Positions 17,448 to 27,791 are shown, counted from the stretch's first letter. The stretch: DNA of 64,000 nt from Spirochaetota bacterium (GCA_043803405.1 JAZDKB010000053.1:21185-85184), one strand, 5' to 3'. Made by a program: numbers and translations. Notes: a model not told the origin generated them from the letters alone.

Positions 17448-18797
17448 ATGGCGCTATCCGGAATTGAGATTTATAAAATGCTTCCGCAGACTAACTGCAA
17501 AGACTGCGGCGTACCGACATGTCTTGCGTTTGCCATGAAGCTTGCTGCAGGCCAGGCAGAGCTCGATAAATGTCCTCATGTGTCAGCCGAATCCAGAGAA
17601 AAGCTTTCGAGTGCGTCAGCGCCCCCGGTTATTCCTGTGACAATAGGAGCAGGCGCGGATATTTTTAAAACAGGCGGCGAGACTGTGCTCTTTAGGCACG
17701 ACAAGACATTCGTTAATCCTACAGGCATTGCTGTTTTAGTATCAGATAAAATGAGCGATGCTGATGTTGACAGAAGGCTGAAGAATTTCAGAGAGCTGCA
17801 GTATGAGCGCGTGGGACTTCATCTGAAGGCCGATCTTATAGCAATAAAATCCGAAAGCGGCGATGCGTCCGTTTTTGAAAAACTTATCGGTAAAGTAAAA
17901 GCTTCCGTGAATGCCGGGCTGATACTGATGAGCGATAAGACCGATGTTCTGAGCGCGGGCGTTAAGGCATGTGCAGAAAGAAAACCGCTTCTGTACGCAG
18001 CGACAAAAGAAAACGCAGAGGCGGTCGGCAACCTGGCAAAGGAAAACAAATGCGCTGTTGCCGTAAAAGGCAGCAGCATTGATGAAGTAATTGAGCTGAC
18101 CACTAAACTTACAGGCATGGGCATTAAGGAAATCGTGATCGATTCCGGATCGCGTACATTAAGAAAAGCGTTCGAAGAACAGATCATTATAAGGCGCGCT
18201 GCAATAAAGAAAGCCTTTCGGTCGCTTGGTTTCCCGACAATCACTTTCCCGTGCGAGATGACAAATGATCCTATGGAAGAAACGTTGATTGCCTCGACCT
18301 TTATTGCCAAGTACAGCGGCATTGTTGTGCTGTCCGGTCTTGAGGGGCACAGCCTGTTCCCGCTTCTGGTGCAGAGAATGAATATATTTACTGATCCCCA
18401 GCGGCCAATGGCAACCGAACAGGGCATATATCCGTTTAACAATCCGGACGAAAATTCGCCTCTGCTCATTACTTCGAATTTTTCGTTAACATATTTTATA
18501 GTGTCAGGCGAAATTGAAGGGAGCAGGGTGCCTTCATGGCTTTTGATTCTGGATACTGACGGATTATCCGTGCTAACAGCATGGGCAGCAGGCAAATTCG
18601 TTCCGGATATAATTGGCGCGTTCGTTAAAAAAAGCGGAATAACGGATAAGATAAAACACAGGTCGCTTGTTATACCCGGTTTTGTCGCATCAATAAGCGG
18701 CGAACTGGAAGAGGAGCTTTCCGGCTGGAAGATCACGATAGGCCCAAGAGAGGCGCAGCATATTCCGAAATTCCTTAAAGAATACAGAGCCGGATAA
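17448..18797 (+). CDS. acsC: Corrinoid iron-sulfur protein large subunit (CODH/ACS gamma)
   Basis: LPQTNCKDCGVPTCLAFAM...CPH, GGETVLFRH, NIFTDPQRP, TNFSLTY-like motif, GLSVLTAWAAGKF. Confidence 0.96.
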   Translation: MALSGIEIYKMLPQTNCKDCGVPTCLAFAMKLAAGQAELDKCPHVSAESREKLSSASAPPVIPVTIGAGADIFKTGGETVLFRHDKTFVNPTGIAVLVSDKMSDADVDRRLKNFRELQYERVGLHLKADLIAIKSESGDASVFEKLIGKVKASVNAGLILMSDKTDVLSAGVKACAERKPLLYAATKENAEAVGNLAKENKCAVAVKGSSIDEVIELTTKLTGMGIKEIVIDSGSRTLRKAFEEQIIIRRAAIKKAFRSLGFPTITFPCEMTNDPMEETLIASTFIAKYSGIVVLSGLEGHSLFPLLVQRMNIFTDPQRPMATEQGIYPFNNPDENSPLLITSNFSLTYFIVSGEIEGSRVPSWLLILDTDGLSVLTAWAAGKFVPDIIGAFVKKSGITDKIKHRSLVIPGFVASISGELEEELSGWKITIGPREAQHIPKFLKEYRAG

Positions 18798-18842
18798 TGT
18801 ATGTAAATTTACTAGTATCCGGACTGGATAAATTCAAATTGA

Positions 18843-18941
18843 TTTTGCCACAGAGGCACGGAGTCACAGAGAAGACAAATTAATTATTTTTATAATAAAA
18901 ACAAAGAAAAAACTCAGTTTCTCAGTGCCTCCGTGGTAAAA
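18843..18941. repeat. Family C inverted pair
   Basis: TTTTGCCACAGAGGCACGGAGTCACAGAG ... CTCAGTTTCTCAGTGCCTCCGTGGTAAAA. Confidence 0.75.
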
Positions 18942-18989
18942 TTTTTTCTGGATTGTCTTTAAGCAGCATAAATCAAAAGGAATAGAATA

Positions 18990-19874
18990 ATGTCATTCAT
19001 CAGAATAGGCGAGAATTTGAATGTTATGTCAAATGTACTCGGACCGGCAATGAAAGACAAAAATGCCAAACCTATTCAGGAAATGGCAGTGAGAGAAACT
19101 GAGGCCGGTGTAGATTATATCGATGTGAATATTGGCCCTGCAAGGAAGGGCGGTCCGGAGATGATGGAATGGCTCGTAAAAATAATACAGGAAGTGACGG
19201 ATGTCCCATTGTCGCTGGATACGACAAACATGGAGGCCACCGAAGCAGGCCTTAGAACAGCAAAAAATCCGCCATTAATTAATTCAATTTCACTTCAGTC
19301 CACAAGAATAGACGCTGGTTTAAAACTGGCAAAAAAATACGATGCCGATTTCATTGCACTTTTATGGAGCGACGACGGGATGCCGAGGGATGCAAATGAG
19401 CGCGCCATGCTAGCTGTAGACTTCATTCAGAAAGTGACGGATGCGGAAGTATCTACAGAGAAAATGTGGATCGATCCTATTCTTTCTCCCGTATCTGTGG
19501 ATATTAATCAGCTGAAGGCTTGCGTGGAATTTGTGCGCATGCTCCAGGATATTGCTCCCGGTATAAAATCAACCTGCGGTTTATCGAATATATCGAATGG
19601 AGTCCCGGGCGAGCTAAGAACTTATCTTAATATTCCATACTCGATCATGCTTATGAAAAGCGGGCTTACTTCTGCCATTGTGGATGCGTTTGATGATAAA
19701 CTGACTGACGTTGTGAATGGCAGAAATACTGCATTGATCGATCTCATAGAAAAAGTTGCAGGAGGCGTAAAGGTCAGCACAGGCGGTTTATCAGCAGAGG
19801 AAATTAAATATATTAAAAGCGCAAAGGTTCTCACAGGCGAGACGCTGTTTTCCAATTCATGGCTGGAAATATAA
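18990..19874 (+). CDS. acsE: Methyltetrahydrofolate:corrinoid Fe-S protein methyltransferase
   Basis: IGENLN, IDVNIG, LSLDTTN, INSIS, IDP, GLSNISNG pterin-binding barrel; operon context. Confidence 0.9.
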   Translation: MSFIRIGENLNVMSNVLGPAMKDKNAKPIQEMAVRETEAGVDYIDVNIGPARKGGPEMMEWLVKIIQEVTDVPLSLDTTNMEATEAGLRTAKNPPLINSISLQSTRIDAGLKLAKKYDADFIALLWSDDGMPRDANERAMLAVDFIQKVTDAEVSTEKMWIDPILSPVSVDINQLKACVEFVRMLQDIAPGIKSTCGLSNISNGVPGELRTYLNIPYSIMLMKSGLTSAIVDAFDDKLTDVVNGRNTALIDLIEKVAGGVKVSTGGLSAEEIKYIKSAKVLTGETLFSNSWLEI

Positions 19875-20488
19875 AACAAAATAATTACGAGACAGCATAT
19901 AACGAAGCTGCTGGCAATCTGCTGCATAAAGATTTAACTGATGTGGCAGCTAAGAGCGGAGCCAGCCTGTCTAACCAGTCCGGATCAACATGCCTGGAAG
20001 TCCTGTTTTTTAATGATATAATAATTATAACGCACCCGCAGGTTACATTAAAATATAAATCCAAAAATTCAGAAGTCAGCATGTGGGCAAGGATATTGCT
20101 GTTGCATTATTTAACCCAGGCAAAAGGAACCCCTACTACAGGCGAGCAAATCACTTTTAAACAGGTTCCCGGCGGCCTCGGTTATTATCCTGCCTTTAAG
20201 AGAAGAACAATAAATCCTTTGTTAAAAATTTTCGGAAATAATTTACAGGGGTTTGCCGCTGCTGCAGAAAGACTTGGCGGTATAAGATCGGATATCAGTA
20301 AATATTCTTTTCTTTTTAAGATATTTCCAAGGGTGTCTGTTCTGTTTACTTTATGGGAAGGCGACGAGGAGTTCCCGGCAGACGGCAATATTGTTTTTGA
20401 TTCGTCAATTACAGACTATCTGACTTCAGAAGATATTGCAGTCATGTGCAATATGAGTGCTTTAATGATTGTAAAAGAAGGACGTTAA
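19859..20488 (+). CDS. DUF3786-like protein
   Basis: ILLLHYL, ITFKQVPGG..YYPAF, FPRV....LWEGDEEFP, LTSEDIAV; typical acs neighbour. Confidence 0.82.
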   Translation: MAGNIKQNNYETAYNEAAGNLLHKDLTDVAAKSGASLSNQSGSTCLEVLFFNDIIIITHPQVTLKYKSKNSEVSMWARILLLHYLTQAKGTPTTGEQITFKQVPGGLGYYPAFKRRTINPLLKIFGNNLQGFAAAAERLGGIRSDISKYSFLFKIFPRVSVLFTLWEGDEEFPADGNIVFDSSITDYLTSEDIAVMCNMSALMIVKEGR

Positions 20489-20509
20489 AAAAATATAGAG
20501 AGTAATGAA

Positions 20510-21265
20510 ATGAAAATCGCGATCTCAGGAAAAGGCGGCGTAGGTAAAACAACACTGGCAGGCCTTTTGAGTTATTATCTCGCAGGAAAAGGCAATCGTG
20601 TTATTGCAGTGGACGCGGACCCTGACGCGAACCTTGCTTCCGCGCTCGGCATAGACAGCAGTAATATTGTCCCCATTGCGGAAATGGAATCGCTCATTGA
20701 AGAGCGTACGGGAGCGAAACCAGGCTCATCCGGCGCGCTCTTTAAGATCAATCCTAAGGTCGATGATCTGCCTGAGAAGCTGTGGGTAGAGAAAGACAAT
20801 ATACGCCTTATGGTGATGGGGACTGTAAAAAAGGGCGGGGGCGGATGTATTTGTCCTGAGAGCACATTGCTTAAAAATCTTATTTCTCATCTTGTCCTGT
20901 TCAGAAACGAAGTTGTTATTCTGGACATGGAAGCTGGGATAGAGCATTTAGGCAGAGCTGTCGCTTCGTCAGTAGATATTCTTATTGTTGTTGTAGAACC
21001 CGGCAAAAGAAGCATTGAAACAGCAAAGCATATAAAAACTTTAGCCAATGATATAGGGATAACAAGACTGGCAGTAGTGGGAAATAAAATACGGAAAAAA
21101 AGCGACGAGGATTTCATATCGGGGAGTTTAAAGGAATTGAAAATACTGGGATATCTTCCCTATGACGAAGCTTTGATTGAATCTGACATGAAAGGATTCC
21201 AGGCTCCATCTAAATACTCGACCCAAATAAACGATATTTTACAAAAAATTGCTGCTGAGTCCTAG
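20510..21265 (+). CDS. cooC: Second CooC-type nickel-insertion ATPase
   Basis: MKIAISGKGGVGKTT, DADPDANL, GGGCICPE, DMEAGIEHLGR. Confidence 0.92.
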   Translation: MKIAISGKGGVGKTTLAGLLSYYLAGKGNRVIAVDADPDANLASALGIDSSNIVPIAEMESLIEERTGAKPGSSGALFKINPKVDDLPEKLWVEKDNIRLMVMGTVKKGGGGCICPESTLLKNLISHLVLFRNEVVILDMEAGIEHLGRAVASSVDILIVVVEPGKRSIETAKHIKTLANDIGITRLAVVGNKIRKKSDEDFISGSLKELKILGYLPYDEALIESDMKGFQAPSKYSTQINDILQKIAAES

Positions 21266-21429
21266 AATCTTCTGAGCAGAAATTCTATTTCTTTTTTATC
21301 CCTGGCATTCTTACCGGAATTGATGAGGGATTTTTTCAGCTTTTCGAGTAATTCTTTTTTTTCTGATAATGTCTTTTCGCTGTTGTGCTGATTTTTTTTC
21401 CCATTTGTGGTTTTTGGGTCCGAAGCCAT
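21262..21429 (-). CDS. Small basic hypothetical protein (55 aa)
   Basis: ATG immediately after the helicase stop codon; fills the gap to cooC; no family recognised. Confidence 0.4.
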   Translation of the reverse strand: MASDPKTTNGKKNQHNSEKTLSEKKELLEKLKKSLINSGKNARDKKEIEFLLRRF

Positions 21430-21430
21430 A

Positions 21431-23041
21431 TCAGCTTTTCTTTTTATTACTTTCTTTTGCAAGTAATTCGGCACTTGGGATAAAATTTGCGCCGTATTTC
21501 TTTTTATAATATTCCATGCGTTCCTGTACAGTTCCTTTCCTGTCCGCTTTTATTTTAACAGAAAGTTTGTTCTTTTTAGAACTCCTGAGATTTATAAATG
21601 CCAGCGCCTTTTGAAAGATGTTCATTCTTTTCTTAGCCGGAGATGGAACAGTATTTTGCTGTTCTACTGAAATATTCCTTTGCCTTTTTTGGGAAATATT
21701 TCTGGCAACTGTCCTGGAAGATACTTCGGCGCGTTCGTTAGCGTATACCTTCTCTTTTGCTTTCAGCTTATTGCGGACTCCGGGCTCTTTCAGTGTGAGC
21801 GATTTTTTAGCGTGCGCAGGCCTGCTTGCTTTGTGAGGCTGGTTACGCCTTTCCGAATCTTCCCTGCCAGGTTTTTCAAGGTAGAAGTGCATGCCTGCGC
21901 TTTTATCTTTAACAAACATATCTTCGTCAGCCTGGACCACCGGTATTTTAAACTTGGTAAAAGCTTCGATCGCTTCCAGCCCGTACACATATTTCTCGCA
22001 CGCAAGCGAAATTGCTTTACCCGATTTACCCGCACGCGCCGTTCTGCCTATCCTGTGAACGTAATTTTCACAGTCTTCGGGCAGATCGTAATTGATTACT
22101 AAATCGAGGTCGTCAATATGAAGGCCGCGCGCCGCAACTTCTGTAGCAACCAGATATTTAATATTGCCCGATTTTACTTTTTCTATTATTCTAAGTCTTT
22201 TGCTCTGAGGAAGATCGCCCATTATGTACTGGCATTTTATTCCGTTGAATTCCAGCCTTCTGCAGACTTCGTGGGCTGTTCTCTTCATATTGGTAAATAT
22301 GAGCGCGTTCTTGGGCTGCTCCTTTTTAAAAATGCCGAGTAACAGCTTTATTTTTTCATCCTTGCCTACGTGATACAGTTCCTGTTGAATTTTATCTACT
22401 ACAATCGTATCCGGAGTTATCTGTACTTCAGCAGGATCATTCATGTATTTCCATGCCAGGTCTCTGACACGCGAATTCAGAGTGGCGCTAAAGAGCATCG
22501 TTATCCGGTCAGGGCCTTTCGGCATATTGACCATCATCCTTTGCAGATCCGGAAGGAAACCCATATCAAACAGGCGGTCCGCTTCATCTATTATAAGAAT
22601 CCCTATATCCTGAAAATGCAGTTTACCCTGCTCGCTGAAATCGATAAGCCTTCCAGGCGTGCCGATAATTACATCTACGCCGTCGGAAAGCATCTTTTCC
22701 TGCTCTGTATATCCTACTCCGCCGTAAAAACAGCCGATTGAAAACTTTAAATATTTGCCTATTAATTTTGCTTCTTCTTCAATTTGAACTGCAAGTTCCC
22801 TGGTGGGAGCAACAATAAGTGTTTTTTTATGTTTTAATGAATCATCTTCCAGAAATAACTGAAAGATCGAGACAAGAAAAGCACAGGTTTTGCCTGTCCC
22901 TGTCTGGGATTGAACGCATACATCTTTTTTCTTAAGGGTTTGCGCGAACGTTGCTTCCTGCACAGGCGTGCATTCGATATATCCGGCAGAATTAATGCCT
23001 TTGAGAAGATCCTTATTTAAATTAAGCTCGGTAAAGTCCAT
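21431..23041 (-). CDS. DEAD-box RNA helicase with basic C-terminal extension
   Basis: QTGTGKT, PTRELA, TPGRL, DEAD, SAT, ARGL, HRIGRTAR. Confidence 0.95.
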   Translation of the reverse strand: MDFTELNLNKDLLKGINSAGYIECTPVQEATFAQTLKKKDVCVQSQTGTGKTCAFLVSIFQLFLEDDSLKHKKTLIVAPTRELAVQIEEEAKLIGKYLKFSIGCFYGGVGYTEQEKMLSDGVDVIIGTPGRLIDFSEQGKLHFQDIGILIIDEADRLFDMGFLPDLQRMMVNMPKGPDRITMLFSATLNSRVRDLAWKYMNDPAEVQITPDTIVVDKIQQELYHVGKDEKIKLLLGIFKKEQPKNALIFTNMKRTAHEVCRRLEFNGIKCQYIMGDLPQSKRLRIIEKVKSGNIKYLVATEVAARGLHIDDLDLVINYDLPEDCENYVHRIGRTARAGKSGKAISLACEKYVYGLEAIEAFTKFKIPVVQADEDMFVKDKSAGMHFYLEKPGREDSERRNQPHKASRPAHAKKSLTLKEPGVRNKLKAKEKVYANERAEVSSRTVARNISQKRQRNISVEQQNTVPSPAKKRMNIFQKALAFINLRSSKKNKLSVKIKADRKGTVQERMEYYKKKYGANFIPSAELLAKESNKKKS

Positions 23042-23205
23042 TATTACATTTAAACAGATTACAACAATCTTTATATATTATGGTGCGTCAGCAATATTAT
23101 TAAATCTTAATAACTATATGCCAAAATTTAAGGAAAGTCCATTAAAATACTTAAGTCAAGAATAAAAAACCGGATTTATAAAATATTAACCTGTTTTTTT
23201 AGTAT

Positions 23206-24537
23206 TTAATCCAGCGAGTGATTAAAATTGACTGAAACCGATGTATCTTCCCTGCTGAATCCATAATAGAAATGCACAATAGTATTTTTATTCCAGGCGA
23301 TCACCAGGCCTCCGCCGTAACCCAGTTTATAGTCATTTATACGCGGATCGGTAAACGGATCTCCTGCTTTGTCGTAAACATTACCTGTATCTGCAAATCC
23401 GACTGCCTTAATGTTGAATTGCTGTCCGGATAATGAGAACTTACAAAAACTATAGCGGATTTCGATGTTGCCCATGGTCATTGTGGGCCCTAAAAAACGA
23501 TCCTGCTGGTACCCGCGCAGGGTTCTGAATCCTCCCAAACCGTTAAACCTGTTATAGAAAAAGCTGAACGAATTCATTTCATAAAACGGAACATCGCCAT
23601 TAGCGTCAGTATATGCTATTCTGCCTGTCACAACAAATGATCTGAATAAAGTTACATACATTCTTGCCCCGGCAGTCGATCTGTTGAAATTATAAGCGGA
23701 ACCGGTGGTTTTACTGTTTAAGTCGAATACATAATCTATATAAGCGCCTCTATTCGGATCAGGTTCAAAATCGCGTGTATCCCAGGCAATCCCTGCGCGC
23801 GCAAAGTTAGTCCAGCCTCCGCTATAGCCCTCCGGGCGTACAGTGCTAAGCAAAGTAGGCATAGTTTGCGTGTAAGAGTCATTGTCAAAAATCCCCAGCC
23901 TGAATTTCCTGCCGTCCCACGGATCAATGTCGGCATACCGGAAACGGACGCCAAAAAGCAGTTTTATATCCTGCAAAATATCTCTGTAAAAGTCTGCGCT
24001 GTATTCAGGTGCTGTAATCGTGTACTTATTATATTTGTAATTTGAATAATTATTCGTTTTCAAAAAGCGGCTTTCATAATCGCGGTAAGTGGAATATTTA
24101 TTGCCGTTAGAGTCTGTAAGCTTTTGACTTGCTGCATAAGCGCCGGTTCCGTAAAAGTTCGCATTAAGTCTTTCTTCGTAAATAAACGATGTTTTTAACC
24201 GGAAACCGGTATTGAAAATATTAAAAGAATTAAGATTTAATTCATGATATTGATAGCCTTTTGTAGTGCTGAAGTACTGACAGTATATTTGAGTATTATA
24301 AGGGATATTGACAAAGTCCGGATCCGATCTGCTGCCGTTATTGTAAAAATAAAAACGCAGTCCGTATCCGACTCCGTCGTCGCTGGAGAAGTTTACGAGC
24401 GGAATCCCTGTAATGTAATTGCCTTCCCGTTTTTCCGCAATGTCTTCATCGTTCAGCCTGGCAAGTAAAAATGAATTATAAGCAAGTATAAATATTATAC
24501 GGATTATTAGGAAAGAAAATTTTGTAATATATTTCAT
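23206..24537 (-). CDS. Omp85/BamA-superfamily outer-membrane protein, Leptospira-like
   Basis: REGNYITGIPL...GVGYG, LGGFRTLRGY...RFLG, GNIEIR, DTGNV, YGGGL. Confidence 0.75.
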   Translation of the reverse strand: MKYITKFSFLIIRIIFILAYNSFLLARLNDEDIAEKREGNYITGIPLVNFSSDDGVGYGLRFYFYNNGSRSDPDFVNIPYNTQIYCQYFSTTKGYQYHELNLNSFNIFNTGFRLKTSFIYEERLNANFYGTGAYAASQKLTDSNGNKYSTYRDYESRFLKTNNYSNYKYNKYTITAPEYSADFYRDILQDIKLLFGVRFRYADIDPWDGRKFRLGIFDNDSYTQTMPTLLSTVRPEGYSGGWTNFARAGIAWDTRDFEPDPNRGAYIDYVFDLNSKTTGSAYNFNRSTAGARMYVTLFRSFVVTGRIAYTDANGDVPFYEMNSFSFFYNRFNGLGGFRTLRGYQQDRFLGPTMTMGNIEIRYSFCKFSLSGQQFNIKAVGFADTGNVYDKAGDPFTDPRINDYKLGYGGGLVIAWNKNTIVHFYYGFSREDTSVSVNFNHSLD

Positions 24538-24617
24538 TTATAGCACAATTTTTAATCTGCTGAAAAAAGCTCAAAGCAAAATTCACACTAAGTCGGCCGC
24601 TGAAATGTGTTATGGAT

Positions 24618-26927
24618 TTAATTTATTGTTTTATTATTATAAATTAATCTATATTGAATTAAAAATTTTCCTGTTCGCAGTATATACGATCTTGTTTCCT
24701 CAAAAGGAATAAATTCTATAAGATAATCATCATCGGCATTAAAATCCCTGAGCCATTTTTTTACATTGCCTGCCCCGGCATTGTACCCGGCCATCATTGC
24801 TTCAAAGTCCGCCTTAAAGAACTTGCTGAGCCATGCAAGATAGTTGACTCCGAATTTTATTGAAGTGGACGGCTCCTTTAAGTCGAATTCTTTTATCTTA
24901 AATCCTTTTGCGATATCTTTTGCTGTCGCAGGCATAAGCTGCATAAGCCCGACAGCTCCGGCAGACGACACAGCTTTGTGATTGAATGTCGATTCAGTCT
25001 TCATTACGGCATATACCATCTCTGCCGGTATTTTACCCTCCGTTTCACCGCAAAGCTTTTCAACATCATCTTTAAATGCAGCCGGAAAAAGTTTTGCGAT
25101 TGTACCGGCTGATAGTACAGATATGTTTTCTTTTAATTTATGATATTTTAAAAGCTTCAATACTGATACGGCTGCGTAATTATAGTTGTTATACTTGCCT
25201 CCCATCTGTGCGAGTACCCTGTACTTGTCCATACGAAATTCGGATTTATTCGGGATAATGGCCAGTTCCCTTGATATACCTTCGCTGTAACCGGCTCTAA
25301 AATATTTTTCAATTTCTTTCAGATTATATTTATATTTTGACCCGGGTTCGGTATCTGCAAGGCTTTCCTCGAATGATTTATACTTTTTCATAGTATCGTT
25401 AAAATCCATTGCTGAAATTCTTTTGTCTCTTTCTGCAAAGTCCTTCTGATATAAAAATAACAATGTATGGTAAAACATTGCGTCAGTATAATTTTTTGCG
25501 CGCAGTGCTTCCGTAAAGTTTAATTGCAGCTCATCGGGTTTATAGTTTTCCTTAAACGTATCCAGCGTTTTCCATGTGTATGCGGAATCCGGGTTCAGGG
25601 CGGCCATCTCTTTTATTCTTTGGAGCGCATCTGCCTTTCTTTCCCGGCCATACAGCTTAACAAGCCAGAACCTGCATCTGCCGGAGTAAGCTCCGTATGG
25701 ATAAGCAGACAGGGAATCTTCCATATATTTTATTGCGGATTTAGTATCTTTCTCTTTCAGCTTGTTTCTCGCTAAAATCCAGAAGAAATACTGCGAAGTC
25801 TTGTCTTTAGGATATTTGCCTATATAATCGAGCAATATATTTTCATGACCGGATCCGTTAGCTATCAAATACTGCGCGACTCTTTTCCTGGAATGCTTCA
25901 GGATATCATCGGAGGCATCCCTGCTCAGCTTTTGATAAATGTTATAAGCAGGCTGTTTCTTTTTCATTATCCATAATTCATCAGCTTCTGCTTTTAATAA
26001 TTTATGATACACCGGAGTTTCCGATGCAAGCGACGAAATCAGATTTTCGGTCTCACTGATGTTCCCGGACCGGACATAATTCCGCACTGCATATTTAAGC
26101 AGGTCGTTCCTTAACGGTTCGCTTAGCTCTTTGCCGGCAATGCTTTTTGCAATCCCGGCCGCTTCCCTGTATTTCGCATTGTGATACAGCGAAGCAATCA
26201 GCAATACCTTTTCATTATCTTTCAGTTCGTAATTAGTTTTTGAAACAATGCCCTGTATGCGCTCACACGCAATTCCTGACTGCCATGTTTTCGCACTCAG
26301 CCTGAGCACATTAAAATATTCCGCAACTGCGTTTTCCGTGTCCTCTTTGCGCTCATAAGCGGAAGCGATGCGTATCTGTATAATTGATCTGGAACTTACG
26401 TCGTCATACCTGACCAGCATCCCTTTTAGTAATGATATTACATCATCGTATTTACCAAGTTCCATAGATGCATTTGATTTCAGCAAAATTAAATCCCTGT
26501 ACAGGGCGGAACCGGATTTGTTTATAAGGCTTGTAAATTTAATGACATACTCGAACTCCCTGAATTCAAAGAAAAGCGCCGCGATTTCGTACACTGAGTC
26601 GTTATAGTATTCCGACTTTATGTGAAAGCCATTCACGTATTTATAGACAGTAGAAGGGAATATCCTTAGATTCGGATTTGAGGAATACTGAAAACAGGAG
26701 TTGGCAAAATGTAATATGGCTTTTTTGGGTTCTCCTTTTTTTTTGTAAGCTACGCCTAAAAGAAAATGTTCTCTATAGCCGGCATTTTTATTGTCCAGTT
26801 CCTGTATTATCCTGTCCGGTGGACTATAGAAGCCTGCTTTAGACAGATTATCGGTTTCAACCGCGTTTGCGGAACATGTGATAAAAAGAAAAACAGAGAT
26901 TATTAAAATAATTTTATATATTGGCAT
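24618..26927 (-). CDS. Lytic transglycosylase (SLT domain) with TPR-like N-terminal region
   Basis: AVMKTES, SSAGAVGLMQLMPATA, YNAG, IPFEETRSY. Confidence 0.9.
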   Translation of the reverse strand: MPIYKIILIISVFLFITCSANAVETDNLSKAGFYSPPDRIIQELDNKNAGYREHFLLGVAYKKKGEPKKAILHFANSCFQYSSNPNLRIFPSTVYKYVNGFHIKSEYYNDSVYEIAALFFEFREFEYVIKFTSLINKSGSALYRDLILLKSNASMELGKYDDVISLLKGMLVRYDDVSSRSIIQIRIASAYERKEDTENAVAEYFNVLRLSAKTWQSGIACERIQGIVSKTNYELKDNEKVLLIASLYHNAKYREAAGIAKSIAGKELSEPLRNDLLKYAVRNYVRSGNISETENLISSLASETPVYHKLLKAEADELWIMKKKQPAYNIYQKLSRDASDDILKHSRKRVAQYLIANGSGHENILLDYIGKYPKDKTSQYFFWILARNKLKEKDTKSAIKYMEDSLSAYPYGAYSGRCRFWLVKLYGRERKADALQRIKEMAALNPDSAYTWKTLDTFKENYKPDELQLNFTEALRAKNYTDAMFYHTLLFLYQKDFAERDKRISAMDFNDTMKKYKSFEESLADTEPGSKYKYNLKEIEKYFRAGYSEGISRELAIIPNKSEFRMDKYRVLAQMGGKYNNYNYAAVSVLKLLKYHKLKENISVLSAGTIAKLFPAAFKDDVEKLCGETEGKIPAEMVYAVMKTESTFNHKAVSSAGAVGLMQLMPATAKDIAKGFKIKEFDLKEPSTSIKFGVNYLAWLSKFFKADFEAMMAGYNAGAGNVKKWLRDFNADDDYLIEFIPFEETRSYILRTGKFLIQYRLIYNNKTIN

Positions 26928-26977
26928 ATTTCCTTCCTTATCTTACTCAGCTTTGACCAGGCATCGTTTGTTGTCAT

Positions 26978-27649
26978 CTATCTTCTTTTTGTTTTAAATT
27001 TTTTTGTCATGACAGTAGGCGAGTCGGGCAGCGAATGAACATGCGGCAGCTCGAATTTAAATCTCATGGCAGCAAGGCGGCTTAAGATCGTTACAAACAT
27101 GCACGCAAAGATTATTATTGTTTTGTCTGTTTCAAAGTTAATAAGAATAACCGGCACAAGACCGCCGAGCAGCGACGCCGTTGCGTAAAAATCTTTCCGG
27201 ATAACGTAAGGAATCTCGCGCACCAGGATGTCGCGCACAACGCCCCCGCCAGTGGCTGTTGCCGCTCCGAGCAGCAGTATGCCGATAGGCCCCATCCCGC
27301 TTTCAACAGCTTTCATTGTTCCGATCGCAGTGAATACGCCGAGTCCCACAGCGTCCGCTATCATCACAATGTCCCAGCGCTTTGCAATTTTCGGCGCAGC
27401 AAAGAATACGATTGCGGCCGCTACAAGGCAGATTATAAAATAGATCTCGTTCCTAAACGCGCTCGGAGGCGTGTACCCTATGACTACATCCCTCAGTATC
27501 CCGCCGCCAATGCCGGTTGCGGCTGCAAGCACCAGCAGGCCGAGAAAATCGAGCTCGTATTTCACTGCCTTGAACGCTCCCGAAATCGCGAACACGAACG
27601 TCCCGGAAATATCCAGCGCGTATATTAATGCTGTCTCAAATTCGCTCAT
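26978..27649 (-). CDS. Trimeric intracellular cation channel (UPF0126/YadS) family membrane protein
   Basis: FAISGA, GIGGGILRD, DAVGLGVF, TGGGVVRD, YAT. Confidence 0.9.
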   Translation of the reverse strand: MSEFETALIYALDISGTFVFAISGAFKAVKYELDFLGLLVLAAATGIGGGILRDVVIGYTPPSAFRNEIYFIICLVAAAIVFFAAPKIAKRWDIVMIADAVGLGVFTAIGTMKAVESGMGPIGILLLGAATATGGGVVRDILVREIPYVIRKDFYATASLLGGLVPVILINFETDKTIIIFACMFVTILSRLAAMRFKFELPHVHSLPDSPTVMTKKFKTKRR

Positions 27650-27791
27650 AGTCAGTTACACTAAAATTAGGTTTTTATGCTATGTAAAACTTTTTAATTA
27701 AGTAATAAATAATGTGAAGTTTACATTAAACAAAAAAAGTCGCACATCGCGTTAGGCTTAAATATTATTATATCTTTTTGAAATATTGTAA

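Noticed and set aside
7630..21265. acs cluster as a tRNA-integrated genomic island
   Set aside because: The cluster lies on the 5' side of the tRNA, and no integrase or duplicated tRNA 3' end was found.
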